Source: Heterodontus francisci (taxonomy: Eukaryota). Taken from it: DNA of 64,000 nucleotides. This document shows positions 51,601 through 64,000 of the stretch, piece by piece. Every line of letters begins with the position of its first letter. Position 1 is the stretch's first letter. The notes beneath the pieces were generated by a model. It worked only from the letters and a program-made list of their open reading frames with translations. It searched no databases and was not told the DNA's origin. The translations under genes were made by a program, and so were the position numbers. The stretch spans positions 180,858,101-180,922,100 of the forward strand of contig NC_090371.1 of assembly GCF_036365525.1 (NCBI RefSeq). The letters are read 5' to 3'.

Positions 51601-53811
51601 ACAGTTCCATATCACTGAGGAATTTCCCCTTCAGGAAGTCTTGTGGGATGAAAGTTCACAGAATCAAGATTTCAATGTCTCTCAGAAATCTTCCAAAGAA
51701 CTTCACACATCGGGATATACATGTACACGGGGAAGATCAGATCAATTTTCTCTTTCCACATAGTTTGAAATATGCACAGCTCCTCCTGTGGATGTCTGAT
51801 TTTCTGTTCTTGCAAACACAACTTTCACCACAGCAAAAATTCCCCTTCCATTTGATGGTCAGTAGCAGAGCTACTGCATCAACAGATTACCCATGTCTCC
51901 AGCAAAGCATGCTGCTGATTAAACTCCACTGTGACATTTTAAATCAAGAGTTTACTCACAAATACAATGAGATCAATCCTTCTCCCCACCAGCACAGACC
52001 GGGATCGAGTTTGTTTGCTCTCACCTGGTGTTAAGGGGGTTGTAATGGCTTCAACATGGGGTTGGTTGCCTAACTGCCACATTAACACCAGCGATGTGAT
52101 CAGTTCCGCTGTAGAAGGGTCTACTGCCGGGTGACCATAGCGCCTGCCTGCTTCAGATGATAGGCCCCTCTTCATATGCAAATTAGGTTCCCAGGATGTC
52201 ATTAGGACCTGATTACCATTTTCAGTAGGAAGTGGTGCAAAGATGATGTCAGCAAAGAGGCCTTCAAAAGGTAAGTGTCGAGTTGGGTCTGATCAGGTTC
52301 TGGTCAGGTAGCCGTGCTCTACCCTCGCCCTCTTTGATTATGACCACACACCCTCCTGCACCTTGCCACCAACACTTGTAACTGATATTGATGCCAGCAG
52401 GTCTGGCTCAGGCTTTCAATGTAGCAAACTGCATTGGATTTCTGGCATTGTGCTCCACAGCTCACCTGCTGAATTTGTGACAGGGACCTCACTGCACAGT
52501 TGCCCAAAATGCAAATCTGTCCTGTGATCTCATGTTCTAGGTATGTACATACCTGATCTACCTGATAAGTTGGAATACTAAATTTTTCAACTCCTTTTAT
52601 ACACTGTTGCAAACTCTGACTGAAAAGGAATTACACGTGAAAAATCTTTGCACTGTTTACAATTAGAACCTGATCTTTTAAAATAAGCAAAGATATAGTT
52701 AAGCTTTGCAACTTGCAGTTAGAGGATGCCCCATTTCCTGTAATTCACAAGTTTCAGCTCAGGGTTGTGTTTCCTTTTTATTATAATCCTAAGGTTCAGT
52801 GCCAAGTCTGCACAGGAGCATTGTCCTGTGGGTCAGCTGCAAAATGTGGAACTGAATTTTCATTTTGGGGAGGAAAATTGAATATACAATTAATCATACC
52901 TTGTAATACATGATTCCATGCAAAGTCTCAGCTGCATTTTAACTCTGTCAATAAATCAGTTTGAATAATTCTCAAGGAAATGACTGAGCAAAATTAAACA
53001 TCTCTGCAGGCGCAGGTATGTTTAAGATATTTCTATTCCAGAATTGAAGCTATTGCCTCCTCAAACTTAAAATCTATTGTAAGTGGAATGAACACTAACC
53101 AACTTTAGAACTACATTTACACCATTGCACCTCTTTGCAAACTTGTCGCATTACAGGCCAAAGAATCACATTATAAAGTTCAGCCAATGAAAGGGAGAGT
53201 TATTTCCTGTAAATCACATGTTTCAGTTCCATTGACAGGTCAGCATGTTCTCTTATTTTTGTGAGGAGGTTACCAATGGGTCAGGTGTAAAATCTGGAAC
53301 TGGATTATTCTCTGGATCATCTGACGCTTCTTGGCTTGGGGAACAACAATTAAAAGCATCAAATGATCTTATCAATGTTTAATTATCTGTCATTTACAAT
53401 TGTGTAAAAATAAAAGGAAGATATTAATGCCGCACCATAAGGACTTGAATCAATTATCATTGAGATGAAAACTACAGAAATATTGGGGGTAAAATTCAGT
53501 TTTAATCGGGGTGCGAGATGGGCAGTATGGATCAGTCACCCGTTATATACCACAGTTAATTCTCCTTTACAGTGAAGCTTAACTGAAAGAGAAATTGGAC
53601 AGGATGTATATACAGGTGACTGATCTTCTAACACTTTTTTGCACTTTTGCCAAAGATGAATTTTACACCACTTTTCTGAAACTTGCAATTAAACCTTTAA
53701 AATCTACACAAATCTAGTTCCCCACCTATAACAAGGGATTATCTCCTGTTGCTGCTGTAAACCGTGCAGAAGTTGTGAATATATTTAAAACTGCAAAAGT
53801 AAAAGAAAGTT

Positions 53812-53906
53812 TGATTCAGCAGCAGGGAAATTCCCTCCCACAGAACTTTGGCCAGCTTTCACTGCTTATGATTATGCAAAATGAAAGTAAAGGATCTCAA
53901 TAAATA
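53812..53906 (+). promoter_or_regulatory. Proximal promoter of chemokine copy 3 (NF-kB site 53825-53834)
   Basis: Same motifs at offset 18385 from copy 2. Confidence 0.65.
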
Positions 53907-54013
53907 GGAGCTCATTGAAGCTCTCTTCAGCAGAACCTCATTCAACAGAGAGAGGCACAGAGGTAGACTGAAGATCCTTCAGCAGAAATCTATTCAGCAT
54001 CACAAAGTCAAAG

Positions 54014-55734
54014 ATGAACAGAGCAACTACTGTCACGATTCTCATCCTGCTTTTGTGTGCCATTGCTGCACAGGGTATGTCGATGTTTTTAGCTTGTGTT
54101 TTATTGCATTGGAGTGTGGAAAGGAGTCATTCTGTTGAGTTACTGATCAGCTATGCATGCCCCAGTGTGCAGGTTGGTTATTCATTGTGCAATTAAATGG
54201 TCACCGACACTATATGCTATTGATAATACAATGCTGGTTTGAACAGCTTTCAAAGCTGAAACAAAGTGTCAAAATTCTTAACTTCAATCAACATCTAAAT
54301 CTCAGTTAAATTGATTTTTTCACAGGTATTCCAATCCCAGGAACTCAGGGAAGGTGCCAGTGTCCTCAGACCAGCTCCAAAATGATCCCTCTGAATCATA
54401 TCCGGAATTTGAAATTTATTCCTAAAGGATCTCACTGTGAGACACTGGAGATAATGTGAGTAAATGGGTCAGAAGGTCACCTTCAACATTTCTTCTTCTG
54501 TCACGTCTATTTAGAAGCTGTGCTCTTTGTTCAAAACATGTTGGATCAATCAATGTTCAGGATGAGTTTTACTGAATTCTCACCTTTCAGTGGGAGACAT
54601 CCAATTTCTGTGGATTAGATTTTAAAGGTTTACCTTCTCTTCACAGTGTCACCTTGAAAACTGGAAATCAATTATGCGTGAGTCCTGATGCCAAGTGGGT
54701 GAAGACTATTATTAAAGCCAAGAAAGGTTGGTGTTGGTGTTTGTCAGAATTCAGACTTTACATGTCAATAAAAGCAATTTTGTATTTCACTATGTCTGTT
54801 GTCTCCTGCTTGGCTGAGGGCATTGATTCCTTTCTGCTGCATATTCCCACAGGCTCTTGGTGCATTCTGGTACCATGCCCAAGTGGCCAACATTTATGTG
54901 TCAGCCATGACAGTGAATGTCAGCAAGCTATTCAGCCACAATATTCATCAGAGTTGAGCCCTACACTGCCCTCGCCATGCATCCATATATGGTAAATCAC
55001 AGAGGAGGCAGATGGGGGTCACTGGATAGCAATCAGCTGCAGGAATACTGGGCGATGTCATGTTCCCTCACCCACAATGCTGTGACCAATTGTTGTACCT
55101 ATAGTACCCAGCCGAGATCAACCAATTAATCACAATGAATGATCAAAACAGAAACTTTAAAAATAAGATATTTAAAATATCTCTTCACCATTTTCATCTC
55201 CTTTTCCTGCCACCTTCCTTCCATTATGGTCAACTGCAGAATTTTCTGCACTGCACATTAAGCTGCCCCATTGCATCTTTGTTTCAAACATATTTTTAAC
55301 CTTTAACATAATATTCCTGCAGACTCCTGTCAGAACTGAGATTTTAAATGGATATATTTGTTCAAGTTACACAGAAATGTTGTTAAGTAAACTCTAGACC
55401 ATCCTTCTCCCTGTTTTGTGTCATCCACCATTGTCAGAAGTCAGGATTTTGTTTACCATTTACTGACTTTGCATCATTCTAGAATGTCTTTCATTCATCA
55501 CAATGGAAGGAAGAGACAACTGTGACCCTGTGAATGCTGCATGCTGTTAAAACCAAATTGCAAAATCAATGAATTGTGAACAAAATCACAAGTGTTAGCA
55601 ATGCTGTGTAACGGGCTGATTGATAATTCTCCGTAATGAAGACATTTCCCTCTATATTAAAATAAATATCTGCGGTTAATGAGGAAAAATGTAATTTATT
55701 TTGTTTTATTTCAGGTGCCAGACAACACAACTGA
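54014..55734 (+). CDS. CXC chemokine copy 3 (same sequence as copy 2, probably the same locus assembled twice); exons 54014-54074, 54326-54455, 54647-54726, 55715-55734
   Basis: Offset exactly 18385 from copy 2; I saw no differences in the exons. Confidence 0.85.
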
Positions 55735-58511
55735 GAAATGAAGACACAATGGGTTGGACTCAATTCCACACCTGGGAACCCGCCGTACAGTGAACGCTGC
55801 AATGAAGGATGTTCTGTCCAACGTGTTCACTCTCTTACGTCACCTTCTGATAGCTTGTTCAAATATTAACCCTGCATTGTTTTTTGAAAATGGTTTCACT
55901 GTTTAACCCTGTTGCACTCTAATCGTTTACCCACAGCTAAAGAAAGCAGTCTGACGTTTTTGTGAAACCTTATGCCAGGACTAAAGTTTCTTTCACATGG
56001 TGTTAGGTGTACGATTATTAAGAATAGACTCTTTTAGACTAGATTACGAGCAGAGAAAGGAGGGAGGGCAGGAAAGAACAAAAGGGAAAGCTGGTGACAG
56101 GGTTGAAGACAGGAGAGATTAAATGACAAAAGAGGTGATGGTGCAAGGTTTAAAAGAGATGGTAATGGAACAAGGAAAGAAAGAAAATCTGTGCATAGAG
56201 GTGTAAATGGGAAAGCAGAATCACCATCAAAAGATGCTGTCAAAAAATAGTGGGGGGGTGGGGGGTGCAGGGGAAGTTATGATCTGAAATTGTTGAACTC
56301 AATGTTGAGTCCGGAACACAGTAAAGTGCCAGTCAAAAGATGAGGCGCTGTTCTTCGAGCATGCACTGAGTTTGTTTGGCGCAGTGTAGGAGATTGAGGA
56401 CACAAAGGTTAGAGTGGGAGTGGAGCAAAGAATTACTGTAATATGACATTGTATCAAACTAATTTACAAACCAAATTTGGTGCAATCTTCCTTTAGCTGC
56501 TCAAATCCTCTTGATGTTCTATGTGATATATTGATGGCAAGATATGGATTTTAATTTTTGACCAAATGTATTTCCAGTTCCAGTTTGAATGAAAACTTTT
56601 TTTATTAAAAGCCAAGAACAATTGCTTTTCATTAAAATTGGTGCTATTTTACTGCACTGACATTTAAACTGGAACCTTGGGATTTTCTCAATAACTCACC
56701 AGACCTTTGGATCAATCCAAAACTAAAGTCTTTGGAAGCAATTTCTTTATAGAAATCATCTTGTGTATAAAATACCTACCTTTGAGGAGGTAGTGCTGCT
56801 TAATATTAACTGGAATAAGTGGCATTTATAATTAGAAGTAATTTTTGGTCAGTGATCAGTAGAAACATTTTGCAATGAGGGATTTCACTGACTGGGTCTT
56901 GTTGACTGAAAGCCTCAAAGGCTTTGTGTAAAAATTGTGTTGAATATCACTCAGGAAAATTGCTACACGTGATTGAATTGTGTGTGAATCAATCTTTTGA
57001 GTTTTTTGTACCTTTATCCTCAAATGTATTTGAGTGATTCAAATAAACTAGATTTCTTATGAAGAATGTGTTGTCACAGTTTCTGAATCATCAGCAAAAC
57101 AGTTGTTTGTTTCTCCAGTAGATAAATTTATTGGAATGACCAATAATAATAACCTGTTCGGGCCATTTCTTAAACAATGATAAAGGTGCAGGATATTTGC
57201 AGTGTTGCAGATTTCAGATCAAATTCTGTGAAATCTGAAAGTGTTTTTTATGGAGTCTGTTTAACTTTCCTGTTCCCTCACCCACACCCCCATGCACTGC
57301 TGGAACGGGATGAAGGGGTTGTTAAGATGTCAGCTTGGTGGGGAGGGGGGCAGAGACGGTGGTGTGGACGCACCTTCCATTGTAACTCATCTGCAAACTG
57401 CCAGGCAGGGTCTGCTGTGCACTGAACTTCAAATCTGGAAGATGACAGGCCCGCATGCAGCCAAAACTAAATCATTGCAGGATTCAGCAGGCAGGCTAGA
57501 TAAAGCCATGTTAACTAGTTTTCTTCATCCCCACCTTCATCCACTCCCTCAAGGAGTCCTTGGGCCTCTCTTGCCCTGGTCTTGCTTCTCCCTCACATTA
57601 ACAGTGTCTCCTCTCAACCATCTCCCCAAACCAGCACTGACTCTGGCTGGTGACTGTTTCCCTGGGACCCTGCTGGCTTCAAGCTCCCACTCAAATTCCC
57701 AGTCCCACCCACCAGCCCTGACCCCACCCACAGGTTTTCGGCTGGTCTCAGGGCTGCACTATACAAATGATGCCCAGATATTAAAATGGCGAGGGCTACA
57801 CGCTCAACTTTCTATGGGGTTTCCCTTCCATTCGCAAGCCGCCTAGGCTGAATCTACCCCTGTAAGAGTTGATTTCTCCAGAGTGAGAACCTGTCAGAAG
57901 TAATATTTTTATTACATCATCTTATGTGTGGGGAGAGAGGCAACATCAGTTTAGGGATCTTTGATGTTCAGTAGCAGGATGTTGATTGCTCCCTATTTAA
58001 ATACGACAATAACCAATGAACAGAAGGTGCTCCAGTTTAAGATCTACTCTTCCTGGACCATTATTTCTAAGAAAGCCAAATCAATTCTGGAATCTTAATT
58101 GAGCTGATGCCTTGCTATTGTTTTTTAGATTTTCTACTTAGATTATCAAATGTCCCAAATGACATCCTATATGTGACCATGGGAAACTATTTCTCTCCAT
58201 TCTTCTCAGGCAGCAGGAGGGGACTAATCTCCGAATGATCAGGCGAGCTGTAGAGCTGGGACCAGCGCAGAATAATGATAAAATAATTTCAATGACCATT
58301 GTAGTGGCAGCTGCTGGCTAGGTCACATCCATGTCCTGAAAACCCAAAGCCTACTCTGCTCAGGGCAGCACAATTCCTGGAAAGGGTCCAATTTTGGGTT
58401 GTCTGTTTTTCAGGCTTCCTTCAGGTGGATGATATTGCATCCTGAAATTAACCCCATTTATGCCTGTTTTATACTTGTAAAATGGGCTAAACAAGGAACA
58501 ATTTCTACCTC

Positions 58512-61500
58512 TGTTACGACCAGGTGAGAAAAGAGGTCTACGGGTTCCCTCTTTAGTTTCCCCTGAGTGAATTCTTGTTCACTGCTCTCCAATTGTAATG
58601 GCAAAGAAATCAACCAGACAGGTGTTCTCAGATTTAAACAAGAAAGGTATAAGTTTATTAATTTAAAACTCTAATTCGGTTAATATTACTAAAAATACTC
58701 AACGCGACCACCCTAGCACGCATGCACAATAAACACACACGCGGTTAGAAACAGCAAAGTGCAAAGAATCAAGGGGAATTGTTTGAAGCAACAGTTGGAG
58801 TTCATTTTCTGTCTTTTGAGTTTGATGTAAAGTCTTCGATTGAAGTTCGATCTTGCTGTCTTGTTGGGGCCCAGTACACACTTTCAAACTTGTTCGATGA
58901 CTTTCTGTCTTCTTGAAATCCACTTGCAGTTTCTTCTTTTTGTGAGAGAAAGAGATGCGGGGAGAGACCTTCCTTCTGTTTTATCTTCAAATCGCAGTCT
59001 GACCCAAACTGTTCTGTGAACACAATTCAAACCAAAACTGAGCCAGCAGGCCAGTCATATAAGTAGCTCTTTTTTTTTAGAGACAACCTGCCCGGTGAGT
59101 TTTTGTGAATTCTTTTGACTAGGGGGCTGGAATGCTGGCTTTCACACAGTCAATGCCTGGTGATCAAAATCCATTTGGATTAATTGAATCAGGGAGCAGT
59201 TCCATTGTCTTCTCCAGGCAACTGTCTATTTGAATGCAAATGTTTCCAGCCACTGTCCTGTTCGAATGCAGGTTCAGCCATGTTTTCAGTCCAGTAAGAG
59301 TTTAAAATTAATGTTCCACATGGGGAAATTAATATGCCTCATTCTTGACAGGTATAGTTTTCACGACACCTCCTCATCCTGCAGAATGACATGCCACTTC
59401 AGAAGAGCATTTCATTAAAAGAGAATAGAGAGAAGAGTAAGTACAGGAAAACACACATGCATTTCTCTCATTCATTCTCATTCATTCAGAAATCCTACAA
59501 ATCGTTACAGCATGCCTTTAAGTAGCAATGCTGTTTTAACTGCCCTTTTTGGCATCCCAATAAACATGTGATTTTTGGGTAATTTTTCAGTTTGTACATT
59601 TCCATGACTGCATAGTTTGTCTTTGTTCCTGTTGAGGTCTGCAGGGGGAGGTTCAGATTTAACTAACACTAGGTTAGAGTTCTGCACCTGAGAGTCAGTA
59701 GTGGGTGGATCCATTCAGTGATTTGATGAGTCATGCCAGGGCTTTTCACCTTAGGGGATAGTTGGTTCCCTTTCTTCCTGACTGTGGGGGATGATTCTTT
59801 GCTCATTTTCCCTTTGTCCTCTGGGACACTCCTGCTTGCAGGTATTTGTCCAGATTCTGCTACACTCCCTTGCGGCACTTCGACTAGGTGAGGCATCACC
59901 CTTACAGTTTCTCTGCCCTCTGGAGGACTTTCTTTGTCTCTGCCAGTTTCTGTCAATGCTGTGAGTAATTCTGGTGGGGTGCTTCTGGCGTCTGCATTTA
60001 CCTAGGAGAATGTGGAGTCTATGTTTTCCAACATTATGTGGTTGGCTGACCAGACAGTCGTGGTTTTCATCTGGGAACCCACTCGGATTTACTTTAACCT
60101 GTCCTCGTTGTCCCTTTTTCCCCTCTCCTCTCTAACCTTTTTCCAGCCTTGTGCCTGTCTGTCCCCTTTTGTTCTCAGCAGGGGTCCCTTACAGTTCACC
60201 AGCCCTCTGCTCGAGGGTCCTCCAAACTCTGAAACAGGACTTAGGGGTGCAGGTTTCACTGTAGGTTGGGGTTCCCCCTGAACCTGGCACATGTGGCAAC
60301 TCCTACAGTACTCCACCACATGTTTGTGGAGTTTTCGCCAGTCAAACTGCTGCCTTACATGGGCTTTGGTCTCTCGTATACTGACATGTATAGCCACTGT
60401 AACCTCATGGGCCATTCTTAAAATTTCTTCCTCTGCAGCACCACTAACGTGTGAACCACTGTCCACTCCTTGCTCTCAGGTCTGCGAGGAGAACACCACT
60501 TCTTTATCAATACCTCATTCTTTAAATAGTAGCAGTCAGGAACTCCCTCTGCTTCAATTTCAGACTGGGCAGCCTGTGCTAGCTCTCTCTATACTGGGTC
60601 GGCTCGCTGAGCCTCGGCTTGGGAAGATCTATTTAATTCATTCCCTGGGTCTTGTAACTTTCCAAAGAAAGTCTCAGACAGGCAGACCTCATGGTCATCT
60701 GCCGACAGTGCTGATTCAGTCTCCTCTGGGGGAGTTGGTTTGATCATGGCCCCATGCACTACACATTCAGGGAAACTGCAGAGGACAGTCTCCTGCCACT
60801 GCCCTGTCTCTCTGACCTCCTGCGGTCTTTCTTTCACTACTGGAGAAGCTACCACCTTCACCCCTACCAGATCATTACCAAGGAGTAGGTCAACCCTGTC
60901 CGCAGGCAAACTAGGGACAATTCCTACAGTCACCGATCCCGAAACTAGGTCACACTCCAAGAGCACCCGGTGTAAATGTACACTGCCCTCCAATACCATT
61001 CACCACCATTCTAGTATTAACTACACTCTCTGGGGGAAAGGGCAGGCCTTTTCCCAGTAAAAGGGATCTCGTGGCCCCTGTGTCCCTCAGGATTACTATT
61101 GACTTGCTTGCTCCGCTCGAGGGGTCTGATAACGTTCAAGAATCCTATTAAATTTTCCAGAACTCGCAGTAGTATGCTTCCTGGGCCTTACTACTGCTGC
61201 AGTTAAAGCTACAGCTTGTTCTACTGTGCTTTCCATCAGGGTCCTTTCTCCGTCACTGAACTGGTGTGCCCTGATTAACCATAAAGGCTTTCCCCGTAGT
61301 TTCCAGCAGTCAGCTCTTAGATGACCTGCTTTAATACAGTGGAAGCACACAGGTCTCCAGGTCTCACTCCTACTTACAGCATCTTCCTTTTTGGCTGGAG
61401 GAGGGCCCCCTGTGTCTCCTGCTTTTCCATCTCTCCCAGGACTGCGTGCGCTACTATCACCTTTCCACCCTTTGTCCTTCTCAGATTTGTGGGGGTGATG

Positions 61501-63528
61501 AGGAAAGACTTTTCCCTGGGGAACCGACTTACAGATGAGAGCAAACTCTTCAGCCAGAACTGCAGCTTGCCTGGCTCTTTGAACTTTTTGTGTATTCATG
61601 GAGAGTGGGAGAGGCTTTTTAAATTCCTCGAGCAAAATTATCTCTCTGAAATTTTCATAGCTGGGCTGCACTTTAAGAGCCCTCAGTCACTGGTCAAAAG
61701 CCAGTTGCTTACATCTCTCAAACTCCAAGTAAGTTTGATCAGCTTGCTTCTTGAGGGTTTGAAACTTTTGGTGATAGGCTTCCGGTACTAGCTCATATGC
61801 CCAAGGATAGCATTTTTTGTCAGTTCATAATTTGATGAACTCTCATCTGGCAACAGGGAATAAACCTCATGGGCTTTTCCTCTTAACTTGCTTTGCAACA
61901 GAAGAGTCCAAGTCTCAGCTGGCCACTTTAACTGCCTTGCAAGTTTTTCAAAAGATACGAAAACTGCTTCCACGTCTCCCTTATTGAATTTTGGGATCAG
62001 TTGAGTAAATTTTAACGATTCAGTACCCAGCCCTGAATTACGATCCTCCATATTGCCATGCTTTCACTGGGGTTACTCTGTTGCCCCCTAGTTAACTCAA
62101 GCTCTCTCTCCTCGCATTCCTTCCGGAAGGTTGTTGCTCTCTTTCTCTGCTGTCTCTCTTTTTCTTCACAGTGCTTCTGGAAGGCACTTTCTTTCTCTCT
62201 CTCTCCTCTCTCTCTTTCTCATTCTCTTTCCCTGTCTTCTAATTCAAATTTCCTCTGTTCCAATTGTATCTTTGTTCGCAATACCTGTCGGAGTCTATTT
62301 CTAACCCTGTTTCTGCTTCTTCAGATTTGTGGGAAAATTGGTGAGCCACTAGTCTTAGGAGTTCAGACTTTCTAGCCTTGGCACAGATAGTGATCTCACA
62401 CTGCTCAGCCATTTTTCTGAACTCTTCCACAGATAGTGCTTTTAACTTATCCCAAGTTACTTCACCCTGGCTTGGGGAGCGACTGGCTTTAGTCATTAAC
62501 ATGTTAATATTCTAGCACACAACCACAAGAAAAACTGTATTGAAATCTTTTCTCTTTTTGATTGGGATCAATTTCCCACTTTCAATTTCTCATTTGTCTG
62601 TGGGTCGAATCCAGACACTAGCCCCCAAATTTCTGTTACAACCAGGTGAGAAATGGGTCTCAGGGCTTCCTCTCAGTCCTTTCCTGGTTTGACTATAACA
62701 TGGTTTAATTTTCAAACACCATGTTTTCAGCTTCCCCTCAGTGAATCCTTGTTCACTGCTCTCCAATTGTCATGGCAAAGAAATCAATCAGACAGGTTTT
62801 CTTAGATTTCATCAAGAACGGTGTAAGTTTATTAACCCTAAAACACTAATTCGGTTAACACTACCAAAAATATGGGACCCAACCACTGTAGCATGCATAC
62901 GCGATAAACACACAGGCAGATAGAGAGAGAAAAGGGCAAAGAATCAAGGGGAAAGGTTTGAACCAATAGCTGGAGTTTATTTACTGTCTTTTGAGTTTGA
63001 TGTAAAGTCTTTGATTGCAATTCGATCTTGCCGTCTAGTTGGGGATCAGTACACACTTTCAAATTAGTTCGATGGTTTTCTGTCTTCTTGAAATCCAGTT
63101 GCAGTTTCTTCTTTTCGTGAGAGAGAGAGAGACAGGGAGAGACCTTCCTTCTCTTTTGTCTTCAAATTGCAGTCGGACCCAAACTGTTCTGTGAACACAA
63201 TTCAAACCAAACTTGGACCAGCAGGCCAGTCATGTGACTCGCTCTTTTTTTTTGAGACAACCTGCCCAGCGAGTTTTGTGGATTCTTTCAATCTTAGTCG
63301 ACATCCACAGTAGGGGGCTGGAATGCTGGCTTCCACAGAAGATCCATTAGGGTTAATTGAATCAGAGAACAGTTCCATTGTCTTCTCCAGGCAACTGTGA
63401 GTTCAAATGCAAACCTTTCCAGCCACTGTCCTGTTAGAATGCAGGTGCAGCTATGTTTTTCGTCCAGTAAGAGTTTCATATGATGAAATTAATATGCCTC
63501 ATTCATGGCAGGTGCGGTTTTCATCACA
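58512..63528 (-). mobile_element. Second copy of the Gmr1-like LTR element (same insertion, duplicated with the tandem unit)
   Basis: Offset 42484, same flanks and ACCTC TSD, only a few SNPs seen. Confidence 0.92.
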
Positions 63529-64000
63529 ACCTCAGTCTCATGGGAAACTTCCAAATAAAGCTAGGAACCTTAGTAATGAAGAGAAAAGGAAAGTGAAGTT
63601 CTGATCCTTTAACTAGCAACACAATGAAAAACAACTATTCCTCATCAAGCTCCCAGCATCAGTATTGATCAGCTGCTGCTCTGTGTTTCCTCCAGTTTAA
63701 AATGACTTAAATTAGATTCTTGCATCCGAACAAATAAAGTTCAGAATTTAGGTTCATGGGCCCTGAAATTCCAGAATGAGTTTCCTAATCTTCTGGTGTA
63801 AATCTGGAAAGCGATTGGTGAACCCCTATTGAAGTGGAGAGTGACCTTGAGCTTTGCAGCCTGGGTGGCAACCTGGCAGAGCGGATCACCCGCCCTTTAT
63901 GTAACAAACTCGATTTTTGCTCCGTCGATTACAGTGACGTGAAAGTCAGGAGGGTTCTACCATGGATGGTTAACTCGCTCCACTCGGTTACTGCTTCACC

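Larger units (their letters stand above)
21971..58729 (+). repeat. ~18.4-kb near-perfect direct duplication flanking the gap (21971-40344 = 40358-58729)
   Basis: ORF track repeats with a constant offset of 18385; the only differences seen are 1-nt indels within ~300 nt after the gap. Confidence 0.97.
822..64000 (+). repeat. Tandem segmental duplication containing the chemokine gene, period ~24.1 kb (24099-24108 around the gene)
   Basis: 822-16245 is collinear with 28752-40344, and ~13200-21516 with ~55700-64000 (offset 42484 = 24099+18385). Confidence 0.92.

Noticed and set aside
1-64000. CRISPR array or prokaryotic RT/defence system
   Set aside because: No regularly spaced short repeats or operons; the sequence has spliceosomal introns and vertebrate retroelements.

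Overview
Eukaryotic, repeat-rich vertebrate DNA; the CR1 LINEs, HE1/V-SINE-like SINEs and Penelope-type ends point to a cartilaginous fish (inference). The only intact host gene is a 4-exon, 96-aa ELR-negative CXC chemokine (CXCL8/CXCL9-11-like), which appears three times (ATGs at 11521, 35629, 54014). Copies 2 and 3 lie in an ~18.4-kb essentially perfect direct duplication (21971-40344 vs 40358-58729) separated by a 13-N gap. This is most likely an unmerged contig overlap, leaving two real paralogs in a ~24.1-kb tandem unit. The paralogs differ by R42P and Q47R. The units are clearly diverged upstream of the gene (unit-specific SINE/CR1 insertions and deletions) and almost identical downstream. 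Each unit also carries an internally deleted Gmr1-like Gypsy LTR element with a 5-bp TSD. A solo LTR, nested CR1 pieces and a Penelope-type palindrome with a degenerate minimal hammerhead ribozyme core lie between the genes. I found no convincing new biological system; the best leads are the young chemokine array, its mosaic divergence and the hammerhead-like motif.
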